From contig CM060733.1 of the NCBI GenBank assembly GCA_030704615.1, positions 74,214,001-74,278,000 of the forward strand: a stretch of DNA of 64,000 nt, written 5' to 3'. The position numbers and the translations under genes were made by a program. Shown in pieces: positions 1 to 13,429 of the stretch (positions are counted from its first letter, which is position 1; the number at the start of each line of letters is the position of its first letter). The notes below the pieces were generated by a model. That model was not told the origin of the DNA and did no database searches. It saw only the letters and a program-made list of their open reading frames with translations. This stretch comes from Takakia lepidozioides (Eukaryota > Plantae > Bryophyta).

Positions 1-2
1 AA

Positions 3-125
3 GAGGCTTTCATTGCCGGCCGAGTTCATTCTCGGTAGATGTACTTCCTTGAGCATTATATGAAGACTTTGAAAGCATTTGTAAGACAAATTGCGCACCC
101 GGATGGTAGCATGGCGGAGGGAAAA
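3..125 (+). pseudogene. CACTA/En-Spm transposase fragment (DUF4218-like region)
   Basis: Translates EAFIAGRVHSR*MYFLEHYMKTLKAFVRQIAHPDGSMAEG, resembling the CACTA motif GPVxxRWMYxxERYMKxLKxxVRNxAxPEGSxAEG; the W codon has become a stop. Confidence 0.6.
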
Positions 126-3100
126 CGAGGTGGAAGATGATTCAGACGTGCCTTTTGCTGACCAAACCATTTATGACGATGACTCCGATGACCAAGAAGA
201 CTTGCAGCTTGATGAGGACGAAGAAGCTCCGGATGCTGATGTTCAAGTTGATTAGACACGTAATCAAAGCTACATAATAATTCTCGCACAGAACTGTATT
301 CATCCCTTCGATTGATTGTACATGTACATGCATGTAGCTTATTTCTATGATTGATCAACGGTCTTGCAATAATCTCTCCATCTCTTTCTCTTGTCCCAGG
401 GTTATTTCTCTCGAGATCAAATCAAACTGTCATGGGCGCTCTAAAAGATTGCTCGCCCTTGGCAGATGCAAAAGAGCACCGGAAGTGCAGAGCATTTGAG
501 GTTTTTCTTGATAGCCCGCATGTTGGAGGTAGTTTGATTTGAGTTACTACAGTCTGATCATGAACACGACAGCAAGGAGAACTGTGGGTCGCAAGGGTAG
601 GGCATGTTCATCGAGTTATCTACAATAGTTGATCAATAAAGCAACGAAGGTGGGCATATTGAAAAAGAGTCTCCATTCTTCCTAGAAAGACGGTTTCTCA
701 AAGCTCGATGTCCACTGCAAGACGTTGCACACTGGTATGTACGCAAACACCTGACATGCATGCGTGCCAAGATGTTGTCTTGGACGGATCGACTAGTGAA
801 ACCCACCACAGGTCTACTAGATCTGTTCAAACTTCGAAAGGTTTGTCAGTTCAAAGCACACACCATTTCTGGGTGGGGAACATGTCATTCGAGATAAGAT
901 CACCGAGGTTCTCTAGAAGTTATTTGACGTATCTAGATGTCAACATTGTCTCCTGACAGTGGATTCCTGCTACGTTTTGGAGGACGCATCACCTTATCGC
1001 TCTTTTGGGCTCGTCGCAGCATGTCACTGCTACGCCACCAGCACTGCGCACCACCGTAGCTCCCACCACCGTACCTTGCACCCTGTACGCTCGTCTGACC
1101 CCGCTCGTCTGGCCCCACCACTGCTGGATCGTACTTCTCTAGCGAGCGTGCCGGTTGTCGTCATTCTTCAAAGCTCCAAAAGTTTCCAAATCGTAGGTAG
1201 TTCTCGAATGTTCCAGAGCACACTGCCTCGTCGTTTTTCTTGAAGCGTCTAGAACTTTCCGCTATTTCTACGTCCTCCTACTGGGGGTCTCTGCGCAACT
1301 CTGGAAGAAATGGCCCATCATCCAGACGAGGCACCTGCCCTCATCATTCGGGCATTCCAGCAGCCCAGCCCACCTTTCATTGGCCGGGCCATTCGCCTTC
1401 GTCTTTCTGACCTTCAGGATCAACCCCTAGGAGGATTTGGGGACCCTTATTTATTTATTTATTATTCTAGCTCTGGTGCTTTGACACTACATAAGAAGGA
1501 GAAAAGAGTCATGAGGAAAAGGAAAATTTAAAGAAGCTCTCGTCCAGCGATTTAGACAGCAGACAGGAAGAGAACCATGTTTAGATATAGTGAATGTGTG
1601 GTTGGTAAGAGTCATCACCTCTGAAAGCTCCTATCCTCCCAAATTAGTAGGAGTTCGGGAATTGTTTGAGGAGAGAGAGGAGCCATGGGAGAGAGAAAAT
1701 AAATTTCGATTCAGCCAAGGTGCCAAAGCGTCAGCAGCCTAAGAACGAGGAGCCTATGTTATATATATGCGAATAATGATGCATATGAAGATCTGCTGCT
1801 CTGGCTGCGGGGGCCACGTGAGCTAGGCACCTAAGTGAATGTTTGTAATGAGGAGGACCTTGGAAGTCAGAGATTTCGGTTTTATTGGAAGTGCTCACCA
1901 TTTTATTGGGGGCGGAGTTGGATACGAAGACCAACCCAATTCTAAGGCAGCGATTATGTAATGGAGTCTAAAGTATCTGTGCGAACCTAGCTGAGCTACT
2001 GACGAGGATGTGGGGATGCTCAAAGATTAGATGGATAATGCCATGAAGAATACTAGAAATTCAAAGCAAGAGAGGAACATTGTATAACTTGATCTAAACT
2101 GAAATCCATGCGGCGGCCTGCGAAGATGCCGTAGTCGACGCCTTGCTGCATTTCCTCCGACGTTGCACTGATGAGGTAGCGAAGGAAGATAGACTGTTGG
2201 GTAGTGACTTGTTTGGGCCAGTTGAATGCCACCCCGGAACATGAGGATGGGTTTTGACCAGAAAAAAATCAACTTCAATTAGCAGCGGTCGTCTAGCTAG
2301 CAGAGATAAGCGCAGGGCATCTCGCGGCCGTGCTCGGGGCAAAAGCTTCCGATCCCTCATTCGCACCCTCATGAAATTCATGATCGGCATGCGAGGGTAA
2401 TCTTCCAAGTCCAAGCGCAGTACAAGCACTCAACAAGCTTGAAAAACCTACAAATGACAACAGGAAGATCCGCTGACTTTTCACCATCAGAGCTCCGAAG
2501 ATTGCCAACAACCAAACTCCACAAATTGTGACAATCGCGCAGCACCCACATCATCCTCGACCGTCTCGTCCTCTCGTCACCCTCCGTCACCCCACCCGCG
2601 GCCGCCTTCGACGCACCTGCAGTTCGATGCATGAATACATCTATGTACGGATGCCAAATGGATGTCGTTGCCGTTTCAGAAATAGATCAAGACGCAAGGG
2701 TGCGCGAAGGGCCACCTGACAGTGGGGCGGAGCTGGTGGAGGCTCTGACTGGTGTGTCGATTCTGCAACTCTGCAAGACTACGTCGACTGGGAATCCAGC
2801 GGCTGTATCCACTCGTGGAGCGAGAATCGTTCGAAAGAAAGAAACAAAACAAAGATCTTTCATATTCTAGGACGAGGACGTACTTACCGTAGTACACCAA
2901 CCGTACTGTGCTGGGAGAGAAAGGAGGAGGATGTTTATAGTTTTTATAATTACTCTGGGAGTAATTGGGTCTCGGCATGATAGCAGGGAGGACGTAACTG
3001 CAGGTCAATGCCGAGTTCTGGGAAGAGATGGAAGAAGGCTATGGAACAGTTGGGATACTTGTGGAAAGAGCCTGCTTTAACTCTGTGTGGCTCGTTTCGG

Positions 3101-3484
3101 TCATTCTTATAGCCTCTCATTGGAGTCGTAGAAACAGTTGAGCTGTGGGGATCAGTTTCAGAGTCTGTCAGCTTTGTCCATTGTCCACTGTGGGGTGCTT
3201 CACCTCCCTACCACCCATAAAGAGGTGTGGCTATCCAGGGGCCTGCAGAATTTGAAGTTGGGAGCTTTCGCCACTTTCTCGAATCCGTGTCCAGGGGCTC
3301 TCTGGGTGAAATTTGAAGATTGAAACACAGATTTTGCTCCAGTGCAGATCCATTTCTCTGTCGTGGAACACTCTATTTGAGCTGCTGCCGAGGTTTCGTT
3401 TGTAGACAGGAACGACAGTCTGAAGGAATCCCAAAGACAGACGGATAATTTTTCTTATTGGGGCGGGCCGGGGTAGAGAGGGGG

Positions 3485-4897
3485 ATGGCCAAGGGCGTGT
3501 GTCTTTCGGCCATCAAGTCAGGTAGAAGGGGCCATTTCATTCCACTGATAGTCATACCTTCAGTGGTTTCAGCAGGGCTGCTAGCTCTCTTGGTGATGTG
3601 GACAGCATTTAGGCTCTCATACTCGTCGCACTTGATTCTACCGCGAGGTGATGTCTTCATTGGCCGTTCTCTCTCTGCTCAAAGGGATCTAATCTCAATG
3701 ATTCCTCAAGAAGTTGCTCTTGCTCTCCTGTATTTTGCGACTACCAAGGAAGTCCCCCAGCAATCCAAGGAAGAAATCTCGCTGACCTTGCAGGTTTTGT
3801 TGGAGAGGGCACCATGCAACTTCCTCGTGTTTGGAATGTGGCATGATAGTTTGTTGTGGGCTACTTTTAATTATGGAGGCCGCACTGTCTTCCTCGACGA
3901 AAGCCAGGTGACCTAATCGCACACAATACCCAACATGTTCACGCTTGCTATAACCAATCAGACCGACCTCAAAAGCTCGGGCGTTTACATAACATTTTCT
4001 GTTTGGGATTCAGGACTGGATCAATCATATGAGAGCGAGGCATCCGGAGCTAGAGACTTACAAGGTGGACTACGGAACAAGTCTCGGCAAAGCCTCCAGA
4101 CTGCTGTCTTCCGCGAAAGAGACCCGAGCCACCGTTTGTCAGCCTAATCGGCCTATAGAAAATTCTCTGTGCCGGCTTGCACTATCAACTCAGCTGCCCA
4201 GAGAACTGCTTTTGATGCAATGGGACGTCATAATGATAGACGGACCCCGCAGCTACAAGGATCCATCATTTCCGGGCCGAATGAGCCCTATCTTTACTTC
4301 AGCTGTGATGGCCCGCACAAGGACTGCTCCAGGTACCTGCTTTACTTGTACACTGTACAACTTCTTTTAACAAATTTACTGGAGCATATGGCATACATAC
4401 TACTTCAGTTGTGGGAGGACACCAGTCCGAAGGAGAAGGATGCTGAATCAGTTGACGGATCTTGGTTGGGCTAGGTTTCGTAGCTCAAAGATGCCTGGAT
4501 TCTCATCTGAAAGCAGTGCAAGTGCTACTGTATGTTCTGCAAACATTCAGCAATTGGGAACTAAAGTATCAAACTGCCAGATCTTCTTCAGCAAATGAGT
4601 GATTTGCTTTGCAGATGACATTGCCTTTAGGGGCTCCTACAAACCTAGTCAAAGAAACATAGATACTTACCATGTGATAGGATCCACATATGAGACAAAC
4701 CTTTTCTGTACAACTGACTTCTCTTTGGAACTATGATGGCAGGGCACACTGACATATTTCTTCATGATTTTTCCCGGCCAGTGGAGAACGAATATGGCCG
4801 AGAATTTTTGTGTGAAAGCAATCTGGTCCAGAGCATGGGGGATCTTTGGCACTTCCAAATATACCGTAGTAATTCATCACAATTCTGTGCAGACTGA
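3485..4897 (+). CDS. DUF579 polysaccharide methyltransferase-like protein (GXM/IRX15 family); 3 exons: 3485-3907, 4014-4332, 4743-4897
   Basis: N-terminal TM segment; motifs APCNFLVFGMWHDSLLW, GGRTVFLDE, WDVIMIDGPR, PGRMSPIFTSAVMAR, TDIFLHD..R.VE..Y..EFLC..NL. GT-AG introns join in frame to a TGA at 4895-4897. Confidence 0.9.
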
Positions 4898-7076
4898 TGG
4901 CTTGCTTGAGGCCTTCTGTAGCTCGTCCTTCTACACTTATGGGAGCTGCAAATTTGATCAACTATAGAATCTTTGTCAATTTCTGCACTGGCAAGGTAAG
5001 TAGATTGTTTGCAGGAGTTAGGCTATATACTGGGGAGGTCAGTAGAGTCACCTAAGATGGAGTCACTAAATCCTCACTAAATGGTAGAGTTTTATGTTTG
5101 TAAGTTTTCTTTTTATTCGCTAGTGAAGCAAACTTTATCCCAACCTACTGTTACCTCACCTGACAACTCCTTCACAACTGAACCCTGGTTGGTGTGCACA
5201 ATGTCCACCTTATTGATCACGAGAAGTTTGTATGTAGAGCTTTGTGCTGCTGTCAATGCTCCTCAAATATTGGGGATTAACTAAGACGAAGTTTTTGATT
5301 TGATTTGAGAAACAGAAGACAGTCCAGGCTGAGATTATGTCCAACTATGGACTAGGTAGCCAGGGAGGCGAGACCGGCTACGGGGTGTAGCCGGTCAAGC
5401 CTCCCCGTCTACCGGACATAACCGAGGTTGTTGGATGACAATAATCCTTAAGGATGGCTGTCAGTCATCCAAGTGCTGTAGTAGAATTAAACGCTGCCAC
5501 GTAGGCAAAATGCCTCCAAACCTTGGTTAAGCGAATGACAGCCATGAAAATGGCCTACATGCCAATAAGTTTTGGGTGGAAGTACTGTTTTCAGTCTCTA
5601 TCTTAAACTATTGTTTGTATTCCCCTGTCAGCTGACGTGTCTGATTTTAGCTCATGCCTTCTGGTTAACCCTTAACCGACCACCACCACTGTCCGTTTTG
5701 GTCGGCCAGCCCAAAATGCATACATACTGGGATGGATAAGGCCATAACTTCCTGCCCTGAATCATCCACAGAAATGGATCTTACAGAAATGTTCCTATTT
5801 TTCAGAGAGTTTCACCATTGCAATTGGCAGAATATAACAAAATGTTAATGTTGTTTTTTCACATGGCCACCAATTTCACCCCCAAAAAAAGCTTTGACCA
5901 AGGTAAAATGGGGGGTTTTTTATTTTTCCTGTGGGAATGCCCGACATATTCACACTCCTGGGCACTCACACCATGCACTCAAGAATTTGTAGCCCAATAT
6001 GTTGGGGGTCCTTTGTATGTCAAATTGGAGGGGTAAAAATGCATTTCTTGTACACTAGTTTGCAATGTCGCCCATGGGATCTTTTTTTCAATTTCCTGAA
6101 ACATAATTCCTACGGTGAGGTGATGCTCTGCAGCAATGCAGAGACAACGGTGAAATTGTTTTTGGATTCTGCAAAATTGTCAGGCTCAGATCTGCTATCG
6201 AACAGTTTTTGGCTTGCATCCCAGCTCAGGCTGTTATGGCCGGAGCAGGTAGCACTTTCCGGCGGGGTTTTGGGGGGCCACGTCGCCAAAACCCCCAAAA
6301 ACGACGCGGGCCCTTACAAAAGAACACGAAGAGACCCCCCGTGGCGAAGAAGTGGGTAGTGCACCCGTTTTCACTCCCACTCTGGATTCTGCTGGCCAAC
6401 CGTCATGCCCAACCGTCAACACCCTCCCTCACAACGCAAAGACACATTCCCAAGAGCTGCGGGGGGATTGAACCCCCTGATCTGCCCAGTATGCAGAAAA
6501 GCCCCCCCCCAAGCAGCCAGGAAACCCAAACAACAAGACCCCAAAAACTGCCACCAGCCCCCCATGCCCAAAAGTCAGAGAACCAACCAACCAAAGAAAC
6601 AGCAAAACCCAGCCACAACCAGCCCCCCAAACCCAAAGCTCAATGAAGCAACCAACCCCTACAACACAAACCCTGCCATTGCCAGCCCATCATGCCCACC
6701 TTACCATTGAAGAAACAACCAACCAACCACTTGAGCAACACCTGCAACCCCCCCCCCCCACACCTGTTTCCTATTCAACAAGACCTCCCCACACCAGGCA
6801 GCACCCGACGATGGACAACACACACTCCTCGTCATAAACTGATCGGCAACCTTCCGCACCACTCCTCACCCTCCCCATGAAGACATAACCAGAACAGACA
6901 CAGTCTGCATGTCAATAGCACCTCCCTGCCAACAGGATACACAAATCAGTGAACACCATGCACCACATCATGTCAACTCCCCACCGCCCACACAAACATG
7001 CATACAGGCAACACTTGGTAATGCTACACAAAATACCATGCACCCTTCACCTTGCCCGAATGCAGTGGGCATCATG

Positions 7077-8476
7077 CTAGCAACCACCAAGGCACAGAAA
7101 CTGCCCCCCACATTGAGGACAGTAGTAGTGGGTTCTCTTGCGGCACTGCCCACACAAATGGCGAAGAGGACTGTGCAAGCACTGATGCACATGGGTATGC
7201 CACCCACTGTCATAAACGGAGGTCATCTCCAAGTTCGCCCAAGTGCCACCAGTCAAAGATTGCGCCATCACCAAATTGAATTCGAGATGGCATATGGGAC
7301 GCTTACCCATGGCCCTCATATGTGTTGAATGCAAAACATAAGCGTTCACCATGGTGGTATCCAATAGAAAGAAAAAAACGCGATGCCACCACTTGTGGGT
7401 CTTCAATTGACAGCTATAGGCCCCACGCAACTGATCATGCACATCAACGCCCCTCATGTACGTCTGGTATTGGACATGCATGGGCACTGAGAGAACAGCC
7501 ACTCTGTTGTTCCCCATTAACCGCCAAACAGTGACTGGAGAGTTCGGCCCACAAGCAGGTCGAGCAGCCTGCAGGCCCTCCATTCTTTCCACAGTAGACA
7601 TCAAAGTCATACACATATGCAGACTTAGCATCCGCCAGTGCCCAAATTTTAATGCCCCACTTCACGGGCTTTTTCGGCATGTACTGCCGAATTGCGCAGT
7701 ACTTGCCTTTGTAACGAATCATCACCTCATCCATTGTCAGCATCTTCCCCAAATTCCAGTGCATCTTGCACCTACTTACAATCTCATCGCAGGTCCACCT
7801 CACCTTCCCCAGTTTGTCATACAAAGGGCTAGTACGATCAGTGATCAGCAGATGCAGGCACCGGAGAATGGCCTCAAACCTGTCTCGGCACATCACCTTT
7901 CTAATCACTGAGCATGCGAAGAAGATCTCGCTGGACTGCCAGTAGCACCTCGTGTTCGGCAACTTCTTCAAGCCCATGAAGAGACAAATTCCCACCCCAA
8001 GCTCGCAGGTCTGGGACAGTGAGAGGCACCCATCCAAGCCCACCCCAAGTACCATTTCAGACTTCTTCATATGTGTAGTGATTCATCTCCCTGTAAATGT
8101 GTTGCAGCACAACTGGCCTTCAAAATAAATGAAAAAATGACAGGATACTGGCTCCTCTCATGTCCGCCACTGTTGGCCCAGGCTTGGAACCTCGAAATGC
8201 CTCCCTATCCCCTAAGAAAGTACTCTCAGTACACTCCCATTCTGATGCAGCAAACAACTGGGCGAATGAGGGAGTGTTCTCTGCAGGTACATCCTCCAGC
8301 TCCATATCCCCAGTGTCACAGTCATCATATTTCACACTATTACCCTCATATGCATTCAAGGCATCTACCCCATCATCAATATCATCTTGCAGACCCCCCC
8401 TCTCCAAAGTCGTATGCAGGGAACTCAAGAGGTTCAAACCAGTCCTCACAAACACTGGCTGACAACTCCAACACAC
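7077..8476 (-). pseudogene. piggyBac (PGBD, DDE_Tnp_1_7-type) transposase, frameshifted and internally deleted
   Basis: LTMDEVMIRYKG..IRQYMPKKPVKWGIKIWALAD..Y.YDFDVYCGK; YM.GVD..DQLR; KWWHRVFFFLLD..VNAY; C-terminal Cys-rich C..C.KRTHYYC..C. The middle catalytic DNxF segment is missing. Confidence 0.85.
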
Positions 8477-8711
8477 CCCTCTCCCCCATGTCTACGACTA
8501 ACCACTTCACATTCCCCTTGTCATAGGTTTTCAGGTTAATACCATGCACCCACGCATGCTCACGCTGCATCCTCACTTGCCACTCCCAAGTCACTACATG
8601 TCTACCAGTTTGTGAATTGTTAGAAGAACCGCCGCACACACTGTCGTCAAGCAGTTGTGACCACTCTGGCACATCCGGCAAAGACTCCACACCAAAAACC
8701 TCCAGTCTGAT

Positions 8712-8900
8712 ACAGCTAGTCACAGCCTTACACAGCCTTACACAGCCTATCACAGCCTATCACAGTCTATCACAGCCCGACACAGCCTGACACAGCTTCA
8801 CACAGCCAGTCACAGCCCGACACAGTCCGACACAGCTAGTCACAGCTCGGCACAATCACAGCCCGACACAGTTTGGCACAGCCCATCACAGCATTCACAG
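8712..8900. repeat. ~10-bp minisatellite (CACAGCCNNN)n
   Basis: Tandem cacagcctta / cacagcctat / cacagcccga units. Confidence 0.85.
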
Positions 8901-9428
8901 GGAACGGTTATTATTGGCAAGGAATGACTATGTGGGAACGACATCTGCCGAGGGAACGTGCATTTTGTCTTGAATGACAATTAGTTAGTTAGGCGGTTAG
9001 AAGAGCTTGCAGGTAGAATAGGCAGAGTAGTAAGGACACTTCTTGGATCACGACTTGGTCATCGGGGGAAGGAAGCACGAACAGGGGCGCAAGGATGGAG
9101 AGCACGGTGAAGGAGGAGAGACAATTTGTTGATGTTTGATTCATGCAAGCTGTAGAGTCGTAATGTAGAGCAGATTAGAGACACCATGGCTTCGGCCTGA
9201 TACTTGATAGATATTAATCTAATACATACTTCATACTCACACTGTGTAGAGATACCTGAGTGAAGCTGTGGAATGAATGGATGAGTGGATGGAACCTGGT
9301 AGATTGCTGAAGCATATATATATATATACAATCCGATACTTAATTATAGATAGTAAGGTAACTTGCTAACATGAATGCGAGAAGGAATACAAATAGGAAG
9401 CACCCCCATGATACACTAGCTGTAGGTC

Positions 9429-10118
9429 ATGACTGATTGTTCTGAGTGGGCTGAGTGCTTAGAGATTTCCAACTCTTCTATCTTGGAGTTCTCACCTCGG
9501 ATAGCGAAGGGATGGGTGAGTAAAAGCCGCTCGACATTTGGCGACCATACTGGGGAACTGAGTCAAGAACAACCAGATGTGACAGGCATCTGGTGGGATC
9601 ATGGTGGTTGGAGAATTAAAGTATTTGATGTGAATCAAATTCCCTGTGAAACTGAGAAAGAAAGATTGTCCAAACAATTCTTTCAGAGGTTCTTGGAATT
9701 GCCAAACGGTTGCAAAGAAAACATTCTTAAGAGAGTGCATGATCCTGAGTGGGGTCTGGAGAAAGGAGTGATAAAGATTTATCAAGTGGCATGTAGAGGG
9801 AGAGCAAGTTGGTTACCAACGCTGGTTTATGTGATAGCATTGCCATCCATTAAACGAGTGGAGTTTGAAAGATGGGAGAAACGGAAAGTGAATGTTTATA
9901 CTCATATGCATGAAGAACTTGTACTGGTAAAGAATTGGATTCCTAAGGATATCCAGTGGATCAAACTTACACCAAGAACAGCTTTTCAGACGTGCTTGCC
10001 ATATGGTCATATGGTAACGGAGTCTTCTAGTATAGCCAAGGGTGCATTAAAGCTTGAAAGAAATCCAGGCATATACGAGAGATACTACAGAAGAGAGTTT
10101 TGGTTATTGCCTCATTAA
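9429..10118 (+). CDS. Unknown 229-aa ORF upstream of the retrotransposon gag
   Basis: Uninterrupted ATG-initiated ORF on the same strand as gag; no domain recognised. Confidence 0.4.
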   Translation: MTDCSEWAECLEISNSSILEFSPRIAKGWVSKSRSTFGDHTGELSQEQPDVTGIWWDHGGWRIKVFDVNQIPCETEKERLSKQFFQRFLELPNGCKENILKRVHDPEWGLEKGVIKIYQVACRGRASWLPTLVYVIALPSIKRVEFERWEKRKVNVYTHMHEELVLVKNWIPKDIQWIKLTPRTAFQTCLPYGHMVTESSSIAKGALKLERNPGIYERYYRREFWLLPH

Positions 10119-10379
10119 AGATATGAAAGACATGGGACATGAGTGATGAAAGAGAAGCTAGACTCCACAGATATTCAGCAAAAAGAGAAAGTTATTTGAA
10201 AGCTAATTATCCATATCTTTGGGAGAGAGGAATAGACATAGGGGAATCATCTGGACCTCTCACACCATTAAGACCAGAGAGTACATCACCCATACCGGAA
10301 GAACCAGAGTTGGATGCCACTCCTTCTTATTCTTTACAAGAAAGATTAAGGGATTTGGTACAGGAATAAGATCAGCCAC

Positions 10380-10620
10380 GGGGATTGCTAAACCGTGAGC
10401 AGATTCCGTGAGCAGAATTCTGCTCACGGATCTGCATGTGCTCACCTATAACCGCGAACACCTATTCGGCCTAGAGGACCTATTACTGCGGGTTGTTTCA
10501 AGTATATCATGCATACGTCATTCATTGTTATGGATGAACGATGGATGAACGATGGATGAATGGGGGATGAAAGGATGTTCGACGAATGGTACATGGATGA
10601 ATGTAGTTTCTAGATGAATG
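10380..10620 (+). repeat. Element A left TIR and subterminal GTGAGCAGA / GGATGAA repeats
   Basis: ccgtgagcaga x2 plus an inverted copy; ggatgaa cluster at 10531-10620. Confidence 0.8.
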
Positions 10621-11179
10621 CAAAACTAAGATACATTTTTCAGTAGTGGTTGCTAAATCCCCCTACCTCTAGAGTGAACTTCTGCCCACTGGTGAGGGTT
10701 GTGATTGTCCTTTCATCAACAATCAGAAGTCGACATAGTTGCTGACACACATTTGCAAAGAAGATGGAGAGGCCATTTGGTGCTTCAAAGGAAATTGTTT
10801 AACTAAAGATTCATTCCGACGAAGAATATTCTGTGCTACTGGAGTTGGCGTCCAAAACGAAGGCAGAACTGTCTATGAAGACACTAGCCCTGTTTTGCAC
10901 AAAACCCTCTCTGTTTAACAGCAAACCAGGGGGAGAAGAGAGGAGACTAAATTCCAAAACGGCAGCCTCCGCATAACATGGCAATTTAAAATCTGCTTTC
11001 GGACTTGGGAAAAATTGTGGGTTTGCAAAGAAAGGAGGAACCGTGGCGACCTTGGGCTCCTATACACACAAACAAACAATGTAAGTCCATATCCATTCAG
11101 TTGGCTCAACTTGTGCAGGAAAGATGGAAATGGAAGGATGCGCCGTCGTGTCAGTGAATTGCCACAACTGAACTAGCAC

Positions 11180-13008
11180 TTACTCACATGAGAAATCGGA
11201 ATCAACGTCCAGAGCATCGGGCTCTTGCAGATCCGGCTCCACAACAATGTTCTCAGTTTGGGTCGAATGCGATGAACCCTCAGACAGAGGTGCGATGACT
11301 TGAAAGTAGAGCTGCTCGTCCCCCTCCATCCCGAAAAAATGCCTGCCTGCATACTTGCATGCATGGAAGGAAGCCCCTGCAACAGTGCAAATGGATCCAC
11401 GAAACAAAGTAAGAAGCACAATCTGAAGGCAAAGAAGTGCACCCAAGAAATGGAGTTTGATTGGGCACCAACCTGTTCTCATGGACAGGTCCACCACTTT
11501 CCCACCATGCCGGCTGCATGAAAGCAGGTGACTTCTCCTGCGCACCTCTCCATGGAATGCCACTAGTTTTTTTCAATGTCTGGGAGGAGTCGACATAGTT
11601 GTGGATAACATCGGATTCCACAGGGTCGCATTCCGGGTCTATGTGAAGCCCCCCTTCCCAAACGTCGAAATGGCCAACATGAGCAGGAGTGGTGTCTGGC
11701 CGAATTCGTGCAAGACAAATGGCCTTGAACACATGTGTTTGCAGCAGCACCAATGTTAGAAACGTTGTTAAGGGCAATTCCACGAAACAAGAACACACAA
11801 AAAAGCCCAAGTGAGTACCTTCTGCCCGGGAAACTCTACACTAGATAGTGGCAGGGTGTTGACACAGGTCCAAATTTTGCAGATTTTGAACCCCGAGGAC
11901 TTCATGTAGCTGTGAAGCATCCGGTGGGATGCCATGTCCTCACCCTGAAAAATCAAAAGCGACCCAGCGTCAGACAAAAACTTGTTGCTGAAAGAGAAGG
12001 CCCACTGCCAATAAAGTGGATTATGAACATTCCAGGCTGGAGTCACATCTGTGGGAATGATATCAGGCACTGGAAGCCCATCTGGGATGTCAAGGATGAC
12101 AAGATCTGTCGCGTAGGGCTGCTGCACTCCATTCACCCAACATGGCGTCCTAGTCACCTGAAATGAAGACATGCAATCAAATGAGATTGACAAATTGCAG
12201 TGGAGACACCCGAACCAGTGATCTGTTGTATCGTGCATATTAAGATGTCGTTGACGACACCTTAATGCACCACCTATGCTCCCCCAACAATGCAACAAAA
12301 ATGACCAGATTACAATAGATGTGGCGTGCTCACCAGGGTGAGGAAAGAGCACAGATGGTCCCATGTAGGTGACTTGACACCCACGAAAGTGGAATTTCTT
12401 GACTCCATCATACGGAGGAAGCTCACGTTGGCCGTTTTACGCTGGAAGTGCGGGCCCACCACCCTGGACACACACAGCCGTGCTTTGTAAGGGCGTTTCT
12501 TTGCTATGTGTGATCTACCGCAGTGGATGTGATGGCGACCTGTGTCTGCTATTTCTTGGCAGGTTGCACAGTCAAATCTACAGAACCCCCAGCTGCCCCA
12601 GTAGTGTCAGGAGGGTTTGCCACTGCTTCCCCAGCAGCCGCAGCAGCCGCTGAAGCATCCACTGTCTGTTTCCCCTTCTTTTTCTTCTTGCCGTTAGTAG
12701 GGGTGGCCGGTTTTGTAGGCTCTTTCTTATTCGGAAGCGCCAAGGCTCTTTGCTGCAACTCCTCATCTATCCGGGGGGCCAGTGAATCTGCGTTCTCGTT
12801 CTGATTCCTCATGACATTCTCCTCCCAGGGAGTCGAAGCTCTGGTGCAATCCACGTACCACCCACAGTCATGGTAATGTGCCCAACCCCAGTCCTTCACA
12901 ATGCCAGCAGTGTACATTGTGGTTTCATTGTTTGGGTTCGCCCATCCACGAATGAAGTCTGGATCCTCACTCAGTGTGTTCTCCGGAATAAGAACAAAGC
13001 GAAAGTAC
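11180..13008 (-). pseudogene. Element A: C-terminal exons of the ParB-MTase gene, beta-class N6-A/N4-C DNA methyltransferase-like domain
   Basis: In order: DLVILDIPDG (motif IV-like), WAFSFSNKFLSDAGSLLIF, PWRGAQEKSPAFMQ, KVVDLSMRTG (motif I-like), GASFHACKYAGRHFFGMEGD. This is the IV...X-I order of beta-class amino-MTases. GT-AG introns; frameshifts present. Confidence 0.7.
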
Positions 13009-13429
13009 CTGCAGACAATAAGACCATCCCACTTAGATAGTTTCCTTGAACGCAACAGAAATGGCCATTGAACTGCCATAAATGGCTGCATTTCACTCTG
13101 AGGATTAAGGTGTCGTCAACGACATCTTAATCCAGGCACTAAGAGGCAGGACTCCATAACTAATGTTGCCAATTTTCCAAACAATTAGACCATGTAAGAT
13201 CCCCCTTCATGGCAAACTCATCCCAAGAGGGCATGGATTTAAGGTATCGTCAACGACACCTTAATTCCATCTCTCAAATAGCAATCAAAGAAGAGAATGA
13301 CACAATATAGAACTGCACAAGACTGCATTGCAATTGAAAGTAGAGACAGTGCTGCAGAGATTGAGGCCACCTTAAATCAAACCCCCTTACAGGATGAAAA
13401 TCCCACAAGGTCCACTGTAAGCAGGATAT

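Larger units (their letters stand above)
5665..8900 (-). mobile_element. piggyBac-like DNA transposon (degenerate; only one terminus found)
   Basis: TTAA followed by CCCTTAACCGACC at 5665-5681 (typical TTAA|CCC end) lies downstream of a piggyBac-type transposase. The opposite end was not found. Confidence 0.55.

Noticed and set aside
430-3400. Short ORFs, possible gene or solo LTR upstream of the DUF579 gene
   Set aside because: No recognisable domain, splice model or paired termini that I could support.
6209-7050. Pro/Gln/Thr-rich ORFs
   Set aside because: Low-complexity C/A-skewed interior of the piggyBac-like element.
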